This document shows, piece by piece, positions 29,243 through 39,857 of a DNA stretch of 64,000 nucleotides (position 1 is the stretch's first letter; every line of letters begins with the position of its first letter). The position numbers were made by a program, and so were the translations under genes. The notes under the pieces were generated by a model that ran no database searches, was not told the DNA's origin, and saw nothing but the letters and a program-made list of their open reading frames with translations. Where the stretch lies: positions 408,429 through 472,428 of the forward strand of contig CAWHXR010000001.1 in the NCBI GenBank assembly GCA_963833375.1. Direction: 5' to 3'. The stretch is from an uncultured Solirubrobacterales bacterium. Lineage in GTDB: Bacteria > Actinomycetota > Thermoleophilia > Solirubrobacterales > 70-9.

Positions 29243-30128
29243 CCGCCTATCCCGCTGGGGCCTGCGCTCGGTGGCGCTCTTCTACCTCGCCGCCCTGCTG
29301 ATCGTCCCGATCGGGATGATCTTCTACCGGACTTTCGAGCATGGGCTCAGCGAGCCGATCGACGCCGTGACCAGCCCAGATGGCCTGCACGCCTTCTGGC
29401 TGACGATCATCTGCGTCGGGATCGCGGTGCCCTTGAACACCCTCTTCGGGGTGATCACCGCGCTCGTGCTGGTGCGCCAGGACTTCCGCGGCAAGGCGCT
29501 GCTCAACGCGGCGATCGACTTGCCCTTCGCGATCTCGCCGGTCGTGATCGGACTGGCGCTCTTCCTCGTCTACGCCCCGCGCGACAGCTGGATCGGCAGC
29601 TGGCTCGCCGACAACGGCATCCAGGTGATCTTCTCCGTGCCGGGCATGGTGCTGGCGACGATCTTCGTCTCGCTGCCCTTCGTCGTGCGCGAGGTCATGC
29701 CCGTGCTCCAGGAGATCGGCACCGATCAAGAGGAGGCGGCCACGACGCTGGGCGCCTCCCCCTGGCAGACCTTCCGGAAGGTGACCTTGCCGGCAATCCG
29801 CTGGGGTCTTGCCTACGGCGTGGTGCTGGCAACCGCCCGGGCGCTTGGCGAGTTCGGTGCGGTCAGCGTGGTCTCCGGAAAGATCTCCGGATCGGGGGCG
29901 ACGCAGACCCTGCCGCTGTACGTCCAGAAGCAGTTCGAGAACTTCAACCTGGCGGGCGCCTATGCCGCCGCGATCCTGCTCGCGATCCTCGCTATGGCGG
30001 TGCTGTTCAGCATGAACTTCCTCCAGAGTCGGTCGGCACGGAGTGCAGACGCCGGCGGCGAGGAGGACGACCACGCGCTGCCCGGACCGGGGGTCTTCGT
30101 CCCGCAGCCCATCGAAAAGGAGGCCTGA
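29229..30128 (+). CDS. cysW: sulfate ABC transporter permease
   Basis: Starts at [12 protein letters not shown] (ATG 29229, 14-nt overlap with cysT). EAA loop [12 protein letters not shown]. Confidence 0.85.
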   Translation: MSAPSRLSRWGLRSVALFYLAALLIVPIGMIFYRTFEHGLSEPIDAVTSPDGLHAFWLTIICVGIAVPLNTLFGVITALVLVRQDFRGKALLNAAIDLPFAISPVVIGLALFLVYAPRDSWIGSWLADNGIQVIFSVPGMVLATIFVSLPFVVREVMPVLQEIGTDQEEAATTLGASPWQTFRKVTLPAIRWGLAYGVVLATARALGEFGAVSVVSGKISGSGATQTLPLYVQKQFENFNLAGAYAAAILLAILAMAVLFSMNFLQSRSARSADAGGEEDDHALPGPGVFVPQPIEKEA

Positions 30129-30129
30129 G

Positions 30130-31128
30130 ATGGCCATCTCCGTCAAGAACGTGACCAAGCGGTTCGGGGACTTCGTCGCCCTCGACGACGTCTCGATCGA
30201 CGTGCCGGACGGGGGCCTAACGGCTCTCCTGGGCCCCAGCGGCAGCGGCAAGTCGACGCTGCTTCGGGTGATCGCGGGCCTCGAGCAGCCCGACAGCGGT
30301 CAGGTGCTGATCTCCGGCGAGGACAGCACGGGGACGCGCGTGCAGGACCGCAACGTCGGCTTCGTCTTCCAGCACTACGCCGCCTTCAAGCACATGACCG
30401 TGTTCGACAACATCGCGTTCGGGCTGAAGATCAAGGGCGAGGGCAACGGCACGATCCGAGAGCGGGTCAAGCAGCTGATCGAGCTGGTGCACCTGACCGG
30501 CTTCGAGCGGCGTTTCCCGAATCAGCTCTCCGGCGGGCAGCGCCAGCGCATGGCGCTGGCTAGGGCGCTGGCGGTCGAGCCGCGGGTCCTGCTGCTGGAC
30601 GAGCCGTTCGGCGCGCTCGACGCGAAGGTGCGCGAGGAGCTCCGGACCTGGCTGCGGCGCCTCCACGACGACGTGCACGTGACGACCATCTTCGTCACCC
30701 ACGACCAGGAGGAGGCGATGGACGTCGCGGAGCAGATCATCGTGATGAACCACGGCAAGGTCGAGCAGTCGGGAGGGCCGCGGGACCTCTATGAGGATCC
30801 GGCCTCGGAGTTCGTGATGGGCTTCGTCGGGCCGGCACATCGCCTCGGCGAGGCCTGGGTGCGGCCGCACGACGTCGACATCCGCCACGAGCCGAACGGT
30901 CAGACCATCGAGGCGATGGTTCAGCGGATCGTCCACCTCGGCTTCGAGGTGAGGGTGGAGCTGACGCTCACCGACGGGGAGCAGTTCTCCGTGCAGCTGA
31001 CCCGCGACGAGGTCGACCAGCTCGAGCTCAGCGAGGGGCAGATCGTCTTCGTACGTCCGCGCTCGACGCGCGTGTTCGCGCCAGATGGCCGCGCGTCCCG
31101 CGTCACCACCGAGTCGGAGGTCGGCTAG
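30130..31128 (+). CDS. cysA: sulfate ABC transporter ATP-binding protein
   Basis: Starts at [12 protein letters not shown]. Walker [10 protein letters not shown], signature LSGGQRQR, Walker B LLLDEP, and a C-terminal TOBE-like regulatory domain. Confidence 0.9.
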   Translation: MAISVKNVTKRFGDFVALDDVSIDVPDGGLTALLGPSGSGKSTLLRVIAGLEQPDSGQVLISGEDSTGTRVQDRNVGFVFQHYAAFKHMTVFDNIAFGLKIKGEGNGTIRERVKQLIELVHLTGFERRFPNQLSGGQRQRMALARALAVEPRVLLLDEPFGALDAKVREELRTWLRRLHDDVHVTTIFVTHDQEEAMDVAEQIIVMNHGKVEQSGGPRDLYEDPASEFVMGFVGPAHRLGEAWVRPHDVDIRHEPNGQTIEAMVQRIVHLGFEVRVELTLTDGEQFSVQLTRDEVDQLELSEGQIVFVRPRSTRVFAPDGRASRVTTESEVG

Positions 31129-31230
31129 GTCAGGTCCCGCTGGGCTGAACGAGCCGGCGAGCCGTCACCGGGTCGCGTCGCCGAGGACGACGGCTAACGC
31201 TGACTCCAGGCTTCCGCCGGCTCGCTCAGC

Positions 31231-31652
31231 TCACGGACCGGCGGCGGGCAGCTCACCGCCGACGAGGTCGCCGAGGGTCGTGTCCTCCATCACGGCGCGG
31301 AGATTGGCGCGCAGCGCGATCCAGACCTTCTGGAGCGGCACGGCCTCGCCCTTGTACTCGAGAGCTCTCGGGGCCCTGGCCGCGGACGCTCGCGAGCGGG
31401 TCCCTCGACGGCACGGACGATGTCGGCGAGGCTGACCTCATCGGCCGGCTTGGCGAGCCAGTAGCCGCCCTGTGCGCCCCGGCGGCTGGCGACGATGCCA
31501 GTGTGCTTGAGCTCGCCGAGGATGTTCTCCAGGAACTTGAGCGGGATGTCCTGGGCGTCCGCGATCGCCTCGCCTTTGATCGGATCGTCGCCGGCCGCGG
31601 CGAGCTCGATCGCCGCCCGGACGGCGTAGTCCACCTTGGCCGAGATCCTCAT
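31231..31652 (-). pseudogene. Rrf2-family transcriptional regulator, reading frame broken twice
   Basis: An intact wHTH N-terminus (MRISAKVDYAVRAAIEL...GGYWLAKP...IVRAVEG) is followed by the family-conserved PLASVRGQGPE, which lies in a second frame (seen in ORF 31253-31441). EYKGEAVPLQKVWIALRANLRAVMEDTTLGDLV lies in the third frame and ends at TGA 31231. Span length is 422 nt, which is 3n+2. Confidence 0.65.
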
Positions 31653-31701
31653 CGCATTGCGGGACTCTATTGGCCCGCGGCGCGAAGCCTAGACTTCCGT
31701 C

Positions 31702-31774
31702 GCCCCCGTAGCTCAACTGGTCTAGACGGCGAGACTTTTAACTCGTAGTCTGGGTTCGAGTCCCGGAGGGGGCA
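31702..31774 (+). tRNA. tRNA-Lys(UUU)-like element, structurally aberrant (probable pseudo-tRNA)
   Basis: The T arm is good (CTGGG TTCGAGT CCCGG) and 6 of 7 acceptor pairs form. The D stem cannot form 4 bp. The best anticodon helix, GCGAG/CTCGT, leaves an 8-nt loop ACTTTTAA and a 3-nt variable region. Confidence 0.5.
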
Positions 31775-31914
31775 CTTCTCCGACTTCTCGGCTTCAGGCG
31801 TCAGCGGCGAACATAGGTTCGCTGGGCAGGACCCGGGCGAATCGAGGATCCGAACTGCAGGCGCCAATCCCACTCGTCAAGAAGAGGGGTCGCCCGCCTG
31901 ATCCGAGGACGAAC

Positions 31915-32323
31915 GTGTCCGGTGGAGGAGCGGCGCTGCAGGCGGCATGGGCTGACCGAGTTCGCTCAGTACAGCCGCGCCCAAGCCGCGGCTACCGCTG
32001 GTCGTGCAAGCGGTGCGTCGGTGAGGCCGTACCGCCGTCGGCAGCAGAAGCTGAAGCGCATGCTCGTCGAAGAGGCCGGTGGTCTTGCTGCGGTGTGTGG
32101 CTATGACCGCTGCATCAGTCAACCTGCGGTTTCCACCACGTCGATCCAGCCAGAAGTCATTCGCCATGATCGATGGCGATGGGTAAGTCGATCGCCAGCT
32201 TTCGTGAAGAGGCCAGAGAAGTGCGTCCTCGTCTGCGCCAATTGCCACGGCGAGATCGAGGCGGGACTGATTCAGAGCCCGCCCGCGGGAACCAAGTTCA
32301 GTGGCGGCCTGAAGGCCGCCTAG
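31915..32323 (+). pseudogene. small HNH endonuclease gene, multiply frameshifted with an in-frame stop
   Basis: Family-like segments are scattered over two frames: RRCRRHGLTEF (frame of ORF 31922), GYRWSCKRCVGEAV (frame of ORF 31915), QQKLKRMLVEEAGGLAAVCGYDRC, FHHVDPA...TGA(32167)...GKSIASFREEAR, then KCVLVCANCHGEIEAGL. GC content is visibly lower than in the flanks. Confidence 0.65.
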
Positions 32324-32333
32324 GGTTGGGTGG

Positions 32334-33941
32334 CTAGTGCCGGAAGTGGCGGCGCTTGGTGAAGACCATCGCGACGCCGGCCGCGTCGCAGGCCTCGATC
32401 ACCTCGGCGTCGTTCTTCGACCCACCCGGCTGGATCACGGCCGTCGCTCCGGCGTCGATCGCGGCCTGCGGCCCGTCGGCGAAGGGGAAGAAGGCGTCGG
32501 ACGCGACCACGGACCCGGCCAGGAGGGTCTCGGCGTCCGGTCCGCGCGACTCCTTCGCCTTCTCGATCGCGAGCCGGACGGAGTCCACCCTGCTCATCTG
32601 CCCTGCGCCGATCCCGAGCGTGGCGCGGTCGCGCGCCAGGACGATCGCGTTGGAGCGCACGTGACGCACCACGCGCCACGCGAAGAGCAGGTCGGCCCAT
32701 TGCTCCTCGCTCGGCTGCGCCTTGGTCGCGACCTCCATGAGCTCGCGCGGCTCCGGTGAGCCGTCGGGGTCCTGAACCAGGATCCCTCCGCGGACCCGTT
32801 TGATGTCCGGCTCGATCTGGTGGGTGCGCCGCTCGGTGTCCTCGAGGATGCGGATCGCCTGCTTCCGCTGGAGCATGGGCAGGGCGCCTTCCTCGTAGCC
32901 GGGAGCGATCAGGACCTCGACGAACTGCTTGTCGAGGCGCTCTGCCAGAGTCTCGTCAACCGGCCTGTTCAGGGCGATCACGCCCCCGAACGCCGACATC
33001 GGATCGCAGGCGAAGGCCGCGTCGTACGCCGCGCCGAGCTCGTCGGCCTCGGCGACCCCGCACGGGTTGTTGTGCTTGACGATCACACAGCCCGGCCCTT
33101 CCAGGTCCCCCAGCAGGGCCCGCGCCGAGTTCAGGTCCAGCACGTTGTTGAACGAGAGCGACTTGCCGTGCAGCTTCGACACCCGCGAGAGGACGTGAGA
33201 GCGCGCGCGCGGCTCCACGTACAGCGCCGCGCGCTGGTGCGGGTTCTCGCCGTAGGAGAGGTCGAGCTCCTTCTCCCACGCGGTCACCCAGTAGGTCGGC
33301 AGCTGCTCGTAGCGACGCGCGAACCAGCGGCTGATCGCGGCGTCGTAGCGAGCGGTGTAGGCGAAGGCCTCGTTGGCGAGCCAGTGGCGGGTGGCGGCCG
33401 AGAGCTCTCCGGTCTCCTCGAGCTCGTCCAGCACCGCGTCGTAGCTTTCCGGGCGGACCACGACGGCCACGAAGCGGTGGTTCTTCGCCGCGGCCCTGAT
33501 CATCGTCGGACCCCCGACGTCGATGTTCTCGATCGCCTCCTCCTCGGGCACGTCGCGGCGGGAGACCGTGCGCTCGAAGGGATAGAGATTGACGCAGACC
33601 AGGTCGATCTCCTCGATCTCGCGCTGCCTGAGGGTCTCGGAATGCTCCGGGTTGTCGCGCACGGCGAGGAGCGCGGCGTGCAGATGGGGATGGAGCGTCT
33701 TGACCCGGCCATCGAGGATCTCCGGGAACCCGGTGAGGTCCTCGACCGGCCGGGCCTCGACCCCGGCCTCATGGAGCACCGAGAGGGTCCCACCGGTTGA
33801 GATCACCTCCACCCCCTGCTTGGCGAGTCCGGCGGCGAACTCGGCGACGCCCGTCTTGTCGGCGACGGAGATCAGCGCCCGGCGCACCGGCAGCGACTCG
33901 CCGGCGGGCTCTGGAGCGATCTCGGAAGAGGGAGTCGACAC
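32334..33941 (-). CDS. purH: bifunctional AICAR transformylase / IMP cyclohydrolase
   Basis: MGS-like N-terminal domain (ALISVADKTG, VISTGGT) and the AICARFT domain through to the C-terminal RHFRH. Confidence 0.95.
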   Translation of the reverse strand: MSTPSSEIAPEPAGESLPVRRALISVADKTGVAEFAAGLAKQGVEVISTGGTLSVLHEAGVEARPVEDLTGFPEILDGRVKTLHPHLHAALLAVRDNPEHSETLRQREIEEIDLVCVNLYPFERTVSRRDVPEEEAIENIDVGGPTMIRAAAKNHRFVAVVVRPESYDAVLDELEETGELSAATRHWLANEAFAYTARYDAAISRWFARRYEQLPTYWVTAWEKELDLSYGENPHQRAALYVEPRARSHVLSRVSKLHGKSLSFNNVLDLNSARALLGDLEGPGCVIVKHNNPCGVAEADELGAAYDAAFACDPMSAFGGVIALNRPVDETLAERLDKQFVEVLIAPGYEEGALPMLQRKQAIRILEDTERRTHQIEPDIKRVRGGILVQDPDGSPEPRELMEVATKAQPSEEQWADLLFAWRVVRHVRSNAIVLARDRATLGIGAGQMSRVDSVRLAIEKAKESRGPDAETLLAGSVVASDAFFPFADGPQAAIDAGATAVIQPGGSKNDAEVIEACDAAGVAMVFTKRRHFRH

Positions 33942-34025
33942 GAGAGGCGAGTCTATTAATGCGTGGGTGCTCCGAGGCGGAGCCGAGGAGCAACCCGCTT
34001 TACGTTGGGGCGGACCGCCAGCCGT

Positions 34026-34655
34026 TCAGCCCCCGCCCTCGGGCCTGATCCGGACTACGCGGGGATTCGCTTCGTCGAAGCTGACCCTGCCTGAGGCGAT
34101 CATGCGGATCGCCTCAGGCAGCAGCGCATGCTCGGTCCGGTGAATGGCGCTCTCGAGCTCCGCGCGGTCACGGCTGGGCGGCACGGGGATCGGCCGCTGC
34201 AGCACGATCGGCCCGGAGTCGACGCCCTCGTCGACGAAATGGACGGTCACCCCGGTGATCTGCACGCCGTGCTCCAGCGCCTGCCCGATCGCGTCGAGCC
34301 CGGGAAACGACGGCAGCAGCGCCGGGTGGACATTGACGATCCTGTTGCGAAACCGCATCACGAAGTGCTCCGAGAGCAGCTGCATGTACCCGGCGAGCAC
34401 GATCAGGTCGACACCCCGCTCCTCCAGCCAGTCACCGATCGCGGCGTCGCGGGCCGCCCGGTCCTCATAGTCGGCCGAGGGGAACGTCGCGGTCTCCACG
34501 CCCGCCTTCGAGGCGCGCTCGAGAGCCATCGCATCCGGCTTGTCGGAGGCGACTGCCGCCACCGCGATGCCGTCCTCGCCGTGGAGCTGGTCGAGGATCG
34601 CCTGCAGGTTCGTGCCCGTGCCCGAGGCGAGCACGGCGATGCGGAAGTCGCTCAC
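34026..34655 (-). CDS. purN: phosphoribosylglycinamide formyltransferase
   Basis: Starts at GTG 34655 (VSDFRIAVLASGTGTNLQAI). Motifs NVHPALLP and VHFVDEGVDSGPI. Confidence 0.9.
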   Translation of the reverse strand: MSDFRIAVLASGTGTNLQAILDQLHGEDGIAVAAVASDKPDAMALERASKAGVETATFPSADYEDRAARDAAIGDWLEERGVDLIVLAGYMQLLSEHFVMRFRNRIVNVHPALLPSFPGLDAIGQALEHGVQITGVTVHFVDEGVDSGPIVLQRPIPVPPSRDRAELESAIHRTEHALLPEAIRMIASGRVSFDEANPRVVRIRPEGGG

Positions 34656-34668
34656 TGCCGGGAGATCG

Positions 34669-36141
34669 CTACCGGCTCGCGGGGACCACGGCGATGTCCT
34701 CGAGGGCGAACTTCCCGTTCGCGGTCTCCGGATCGCCGAGCGGGTAGTCGCCGGTGAAGCAGGCGTCGCAGTGCTTCTCACGCGGGGTCCCGACCGCCTC
34801 GTAGACGGCGTCCATGGAGAGATAGGCCAGCGAGTCCGCGCCGAGCTCCTTGGCGATCTCCTCCACCGACCGATCGTGGGCGATCATCTCCTCGCGCGTC
34901 GACATGTCGATGCCGTAGTGGCAGGGATGGCGGATCGGCGGAGCCGAGATCCGCAGGTGCACCTCTTTCGCGCCCGCGTCCTTGAGCATCGCGACGATCT
35001 GACGGGTGGTGTTGCCTCGCACGATCGAGTCGTCTACCACCACCACGCGCTTGCCGGCGACGATCGCGGGAAGCGGGTTGAACTTCATGCGGAGGCCGTG
35101 CTTGCGGAGCTCCTGTCCCGGCTGGATGAAGGTCCGCGCGACGTAGCGGTTCTTGATCAGCCCGTCGTCCTTCGGCAGGCCCGTGGCGCGCGCGAACCCA
35201 TTCGCCATCGGGTTGCCCGAGTCGGGGACCGAGATGACGAGATCGGCGTCGACCGGAGCCTCCTCGGCGAGAAGCTCGCCCATCCGGCCGCGGACCTCCT
35301 GGAGGACGCGGTTCTCGAGCCGCGTGTCGGGCCGGGAGAAGTAGATGTGCTCGAACACGCACTGGGCGGTCCTCTTGCCCCGGATCACCGGCTTCATCTC
35401 CAGTCCGCCGGCGGTCAGCGAGACCATCTCTCCGGGCTGGACCTCGCGGATCAGCTGGGCACCGATGATGTCGAACGCGCAGCTCTCCGAGGCGACCACG
35501 AAGCACTCGGGGAAGCCGTCGCTCGCCTTGATCTTGCCGAGGGCCAGCGGCCGCACCCCGTGCGGGTCGCGGAACGCCACGACCGCGTGCTTCGTCATCA
35601 CCACGGTCGAGTACGCGCCCTGCAGTCTCGGCATGACCTCGGCGACGGCGTCCTCGATCCACTCATCGCCCTCCCCGGCCGTTCGCGAGAGCAGCGCGGC
35701 CATGATCTCGGAGTCCGAGGTGCCGCGGAGCTGCAGCCCGGAGTCGGTGAGCTCGTTGTACAGCTCGACGGCGTTGGTCAGGTTGCCGTTGTGCGCGAGG
35801 GCCAGCTCACGGCCGTCGTCGCGCCAGACCGGCTGCGCGTTCTCCCACGCTCCGCCCCCGGTGGTCGAGTAGCGGACGTGGCCGATCGCCATGTCGCCGG
35901 ACAGGGCGCGCAGCTTCTCCTCGTCGAAGACCTGCGAGACCAGGCCGAGGTCGCGGAGTGTGGTGATGTGGCCGCCCTCGCAGGAGGCGATCCCCGCCGA
36001 CTCCTGGCCCCGATGCTGCAGCGCGTAGAGGCCGAAGTATGCGAGGCGGGCGACCTCGCGGCCGGGCGCGTATATGCCAAACACTCCGCACTCATCGCGC
36101 GGACCATCGCGATCGGGAACGTCAAAGCGCGCGTCGGTCAC
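34669..36141 (-). CDS. purF: amidophosphoribosyltransferase
   Basis: Ntn Cys in ECGVFGIY, a PRTase motif VVVDDSIVRGNT and C-terminal Fe-S cysteines. Start is set at GTG 36141; the ORF extends to 36252. Confidence 0.9.
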   Translation of the reverse strand: MTDARFDVPDRDGPRDECGVFGIYAPGREVARLAYFGLYALQHRGQESAGIASCEGGHITTLRDLGLVSQVFDEEKLRALSGDMAIGHVRYSTTGGGAWENAQPVWRDDGRELALAHNGNLTNAVELYNELTDSGLQLRGTSDSEIMAALLSRTAGEGDEWIEDAVAEVMPRLQGAYSTVVMTKHAVVAFRDPHGVRPLALGKIKASDGFPECFVVASESCAFDIIGAQLIREVQPGEMVSLTAGGLEMKPVIRGKRTAQCVFEHIYFSRPDTRLENRVLQEVRGRMGELLAEEAPVDADLVISVPDSGNPMANGFARATGLPKDDGLIKNRYVARTFIQPGQELRKHGLRMKFNPLPAIVAGKRVVVVDDSIVRGNTTRQIVAMLKDAGAKEVHLRISAPPIRHPCHYGIDMSTREEMIAHDRSVEEIAKELGADSLAYLSMDAVYEAVGTPREKHCDACFTGDYPLGDPETANGKFALEDIAVVPASR

Positions 36142-36273
36142 GTCTGGAGGAGGTGTCTCAACCTCTGGAGATCGAATGGCCGGGCAGGACTTCAGCCCGC
36201 AGAGGGAGGGTAGCAGCGGGCACGGCGCGCTCCGCGACCCTGGCTCGCCCAAAATGCGGCGATTTGCAGGGAC

Positions 36274-37548
36274 CTACTTCGTCTTCTTGCCCTTCTTTTC
36301 GAGGGTGACCGTGACCTGCTCTGAGTTCGGCACCCCGGCCACGCCCGCCGGGACGAAGTGGATGAAGACCTTGACCTTCACCTTGCCCTTGCCCTTCTTC
36401 TTGACCTGCTTCTTGAGCTTCTTGGCGGTCTTGCCCTTCGGCTTGACGGGCAGCTTGAACGACGACGCCTGGGTGATCGTCAGGCCGACCTGCTTGACAG
36501 CGGCGGCGGTGGCGTTGACGTCGGGTGGGGTGTTCGTCTGGTTCAAGGTCACCTGACCCGGGCCGGGGACCTTCGCGTTGATCGTCGCCGTGCCCTTCTT
36601 CTTCTTTCGGGCGACCGAGTTGATGGTGATCTTGTTGGATGGGGCCGCGGCGAGCAGGAACGGGCTGCTGACTCCGGTGATCAGGCGCAGGATTCGGGGA
36701 GTTGCCGTTGATGTTCGCTCGTCCGATGCGCCGGCGCGTCGCCGTTGCTCCAGAAGACGTACTGCGAATTGACCGCGAAGCCGAACGGACCGCCGCTCGT
36801 CGTTCCGGTCGGGAATGAACGACCCATCTGGAGTGCCACCGCCCACGGGTACCCGGCCGACGGTGTTGCCGGCGTCGGATCCCCAGTAGAGGAAGCTCGG
36901 GTCGACGGCGAGACCGCAGAAAGGTTCGGGGATCGCAATGAAGTTGGGTTCAACCCCGGTCCCGTCGAGCCTCGCCCTACCGATGTGGGGGCCATCGCCG
37001 CCGAAGAAGTAGACGAAGCTCGAATCGGCGGCGACGCCCACAGGTGTCGACCGGGCCGCTGATGAAGTCGGGATCAGGGTTGCTTCCGTCGATGTTGGCG
37101 TGGCCGATCGACGTGCCGCCCATGCCCACCTCGTTCGTCCAGTAGATGCCCGAGGAGGTGACCGTGACGCCGGTCGGGTTGGTCACACCGGTGGTGATGA
37201 ACTGAGATTCACCCCCGAGCCGTCGAGGTTTGCGCGGCCAATCGAGGCGGTGCCGCCACCCCCTTCCGCCCAGTAGATGAACTTGGCGTCTACGGCGACT
37301 CCGCGCGGCTGGTTGATGCCCGCGATGAAGTTGTTGTTCGCGCCCGTCCCGTTGATCTTGGCGCGGCCAATCGTGCTGCCGGGAGATTGATTCGCCCAGT
37401 AGACGAAGTTCGCGCTGGCGATCGGCGGCAGGATCAGCAACAGCATCGCGGCGAGCAGACCCGTCGCGAGGATCGCCGCTGGACCGGGACTCCCCTGCCG
37501 GTGATGCTGACCATCTGGACGAGGGTGGAGCACTACTTCCCCAAACAC
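36274..37548 (-). pseudogene. secreted YWTD-like six-bladed beta-propeller protein with Lys-rich C-terminal domain, at least 5 frameshifts
   Basis: Signal/anchor LLAAMLLLILPPIASA, then six repeats of about 42 aa of the form (F/I)(V/I)YW...(S/T)IGRA.(I/L)(N/D)G(S/T)....FI......P.G(V/L/F)A(V)D. The repeats are distributed over ORFs 37183-37548, 36977-37912 (C-terminus), 36274-37041 and 36681-36995. The frame path is 0-1-0-2-1-0. Confidence 0.65.
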
Positions 37549-37580
37549 GCGTGGAGCCTACCCGGCGCGGTCCTGGCCAA

Positions 37581-39857
37581 TCAAATGCGCTGGTCGAGGG
37601 ACCGCCAGGCGCGCACTGCATCGGCGAGCGGGAGGGAGACGTCCCGTTCGGCCGCGGCGATCGAGATCCGGTCACCCGAGGCGAGCCCAATCTCGAGCGC
37701 CTCGACCCCCGCCTGCTCCGCCCGCTTGAGCGCGTTCTCGGCGCCCTCCGTTCCGACGGCGAGCACGATCCCGCCTGGACCCTCGCCGAACAGGCAGGTC
37801 TCGCCCGAGCCGCCGCGCAGCTCGACCAGCGGATCGAGGTCGGCCTCGATCCCCGCGCCGGCGGCGATCGCCATCTCAGCCAGGGCGCAGGCGAGTCCGC
37901 CGTCGCTGACATCGTGCGCGGCGGAGGCGGCGCCCGCGCGGACCAGGTCCCTGACGAGGCCGAGCGCAGCGTCCACCTCCGCGACCGGCGGCTGCGGCAG
38001 GCCCTTGTCGAGCTCGCCGCGGTGCTTCGCCAGCTCGGAGCCCGCGAGCGAGGGCGCGAACGGCCCGATCAGGAACAGCCGGTCGCCCTCGCGCGGTGCC
38101 AGGCCCGGGACCATTGCCGGATCGGGCAGCTCGCCGACCATCCCCACGACGGGGGTCGGGTAGATCGGCCCGTGCTCGGTCTCGTTATAGAGGGAGACGT
38201 TGCCCCCGACGACCGGCACGCGCAGCGCGAGGCAAGCGTCCGCCAGGCCGAGCACCGCCCGGTCGAGCTGCCAGGCGACGCTGGGCTTCTCCGGGTTGCC
38301 GAAGTTGAGGCAATTGGTCAGACCCAGCGGCTCCGCGCCGACGCAAGCGAGGTTCTGGGCGCACTCGAGCACCGCCTCGACCGACCCCGCATAGGGGTCG
38401 CAGGCCACCCGGCGGCCGTTGCCGTCGATCGCCACACCGATCGCCCGATCGGACTCGGGGAGTATGAGGACGGCGGCGTCGGCCGCCTCCGGCCGTCTCG
38501 CCGTCCGGGAGCCGACCACCGAGTCGTATTGCTCGAAGGCCCAGCGCTTCGAGGCGACGTTCGAAGAGCCGAGAAGCGCGCAGAGGATGGCCGAGGGGTC
38601 GCTGGCATCGGCCGACCGCCCAGCTCTGAGCGCGACCCGCTCGGCGAGCGTCTCGGCGTTGCCGTACATCCACCCGCCGGGCTCATCGGGCTCGAGGTCG
38701 TAGAGGGGGCACTCGTCGACCAGCGCCGCGACGGGGACGTCGCCGACCTCCACGCCGTCGTCGAGCACCCGCAGGTGGCGGCTGTCCGTGATCTCCCCGA
38801 TCGCCGCGGCGCCGGTCTGCCATCGCTCGCAGGTCGCCACTACCTCGTCGAGGCGCGCGGGCTCCACGACCGCGAGCATCCGCTCCTGGGATTCGGAGAT
38901 CATCACCTCGAAGGGCTCGAGGTCCGGCTCGCGGAGCGGCACCCGCGCCACGTCGATCTCGATTCCGACGCCGCCCTTCGATGCCATCTCCCCGGCGGAG
39001 GAGGTCAGCCCCGCGGCGCCCAGGTCCTGAAGCGAGACGAGCAGACCGCGCTCCAGCAGCTCCAGGCAGCACTCGAGCAGCTTCGACTCCTCGAACGGGT
39101 CGCCGATCTGGACGCTCGGACGCTTGCTGTCATCGCCCGCCTCGAGCTCCGCGGAGGCGAGCACCGACGCGCCGCCGATCCCGTCCCGCCCGGTCGACGC
39201 GCCCATGATCACCAGCAGGTTCCCCGGGCCCGCCGCCGCCGAGCGGATCATCTCGTCGGTCTTCGCCAGCCCGACGCACATCGCGTTGACGAGGCAGTTG
39301 TGCTCGTACGGAGGCTCGAAGTAGACCTCCCCTCCCACCGTCGGGACCCCGATCGAGTTGCCGTAGTGGCCGATCCCGGCCACCGCGCCCTCGAACAGGT
39401 AGCGGGAGCGCTCCGAGGAGAGCTCGCCGAAGCGCAGCGAATCGAGCACCGCGATCGGCCGCGCCCCGATCGCGAACACGTCCCGGAGGATCCCGCCGAC
39501 GCCGGTGGCGGCGCCCTGGAAGGGCTCGACGGCGCTCGGATGGTTGTGGGACTCGACCTTGAAGGCGACGGCGTGTCCGTTGCCGACGTCGACCGCCCCG
39601 GCGTTCTCCCCCGGGCCCATCACCACGCGCTCGCCCTCGGTCGGCAGCCGCCCCAGCAGCTTGCGGGAGTGCTTGTAGGCGCAGTGCTCCGACCAAAGCA
39701 AGGAGAACATCGCCAGCTCGACCTCGTTCGGGTCGCGGCCTAGCAGCTCGGTGATGCGCTCGTACTCGGAGTCGGTGAGCCCGAGCTCAACATATGCCGG
39801 CACCTCCTCAGCTTCGCGTCCGGGGGTGCCGGCTGTTGATGCAGGTCCGGCGCTCAC
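37581..39857 (-). CDS. purL: phosphoribosylformylglycinamidine synthase subunit PurL
   Basis: 758 aa. Motifs [20 protein letters not shown] and duplicated PurM-like domains. Confidence 0.95.
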   Translation of the reverse strand: MSAGPASTAGTPGREAEEVPAYVELGLTDSEYERITELLGRDPNEVELAMFSLLWSEHCAYKHSRKLLGRLPTEGERVVMGPGENAGAVDVGNGHAVAFKVESHNHPSAVEPFQGAATGVGGILRDVFAIGARPIAVLDSLRFGELSSERSRYLFEGAVAGIGHYGNSIGVPTVGGEVYFEPPYEHNCLVNAMCVGLAKTDEMIRSAAAGPGNLLVIMGASTGRDGIGGASVLASAELEAGDDSKRPSVQIGDPFEESKLLECCLELLERGLLVSLQDLGAAGLTSSAGEMASKGGVGIEIDVARVPLREPDLEPFEVMISESQERMLAVVEPARLDEVVATCERWQTGAAAIGEITDSRHLRVLDDGVEVGDVPVAALVDECPLYDLEPDEPGGWMYGNAETLAERVALRAGRSADASDPSAILCALLGSSNVASKRWAFEQYDSVVGSRTARRPEAADAAVLILPESDRAIGVAIDGNGRRVACDPYAGSVEAVLECAQNLACVGAEPLGLTNCLNFGNPEKPSVAWQLDRAVLGLADACLALRVPVVGGNVSLYNETEHGPIYPTPVVGMVGELPDPAMVPGLAPREGDRLFLIGPFAPSLAGSELAKHRGELDKGLPQPPVAEVDAALGLVRDLVRAGAASAAHDVSDGGLACALAEMAIAAGAGIEADLDPLVELRGGSGETCLFGEGPGGIVLAVGTEGAENALKRAEQAGVEALEIGLASGDRISIAAAERDVSLPLADAVRAWRSLDQRI

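Noticed and set aside
31702-31774. Idea that the 8-nt-anticodon-loop tRNA-Lys-like gene is a natural +1 frameshift suppressor rescuing the many frameshifted genes
   Set aside because: The inferred shift sites are not at AAA(A) or Lys codons. They include -1 events, a nonsense codon and a large deletion. The element also has a defective D arm and a 3-nt variable loop, so a decayed tRNA is the simpler reading.
36274-37548. Possibility that the region between purL and purF hides a frameshifted purM
   Set aside because: No PurM/AIR synthetase motifs appear in any frame. All three frames instead carry YWTD-like blade repeats and a Lys-rich tail.
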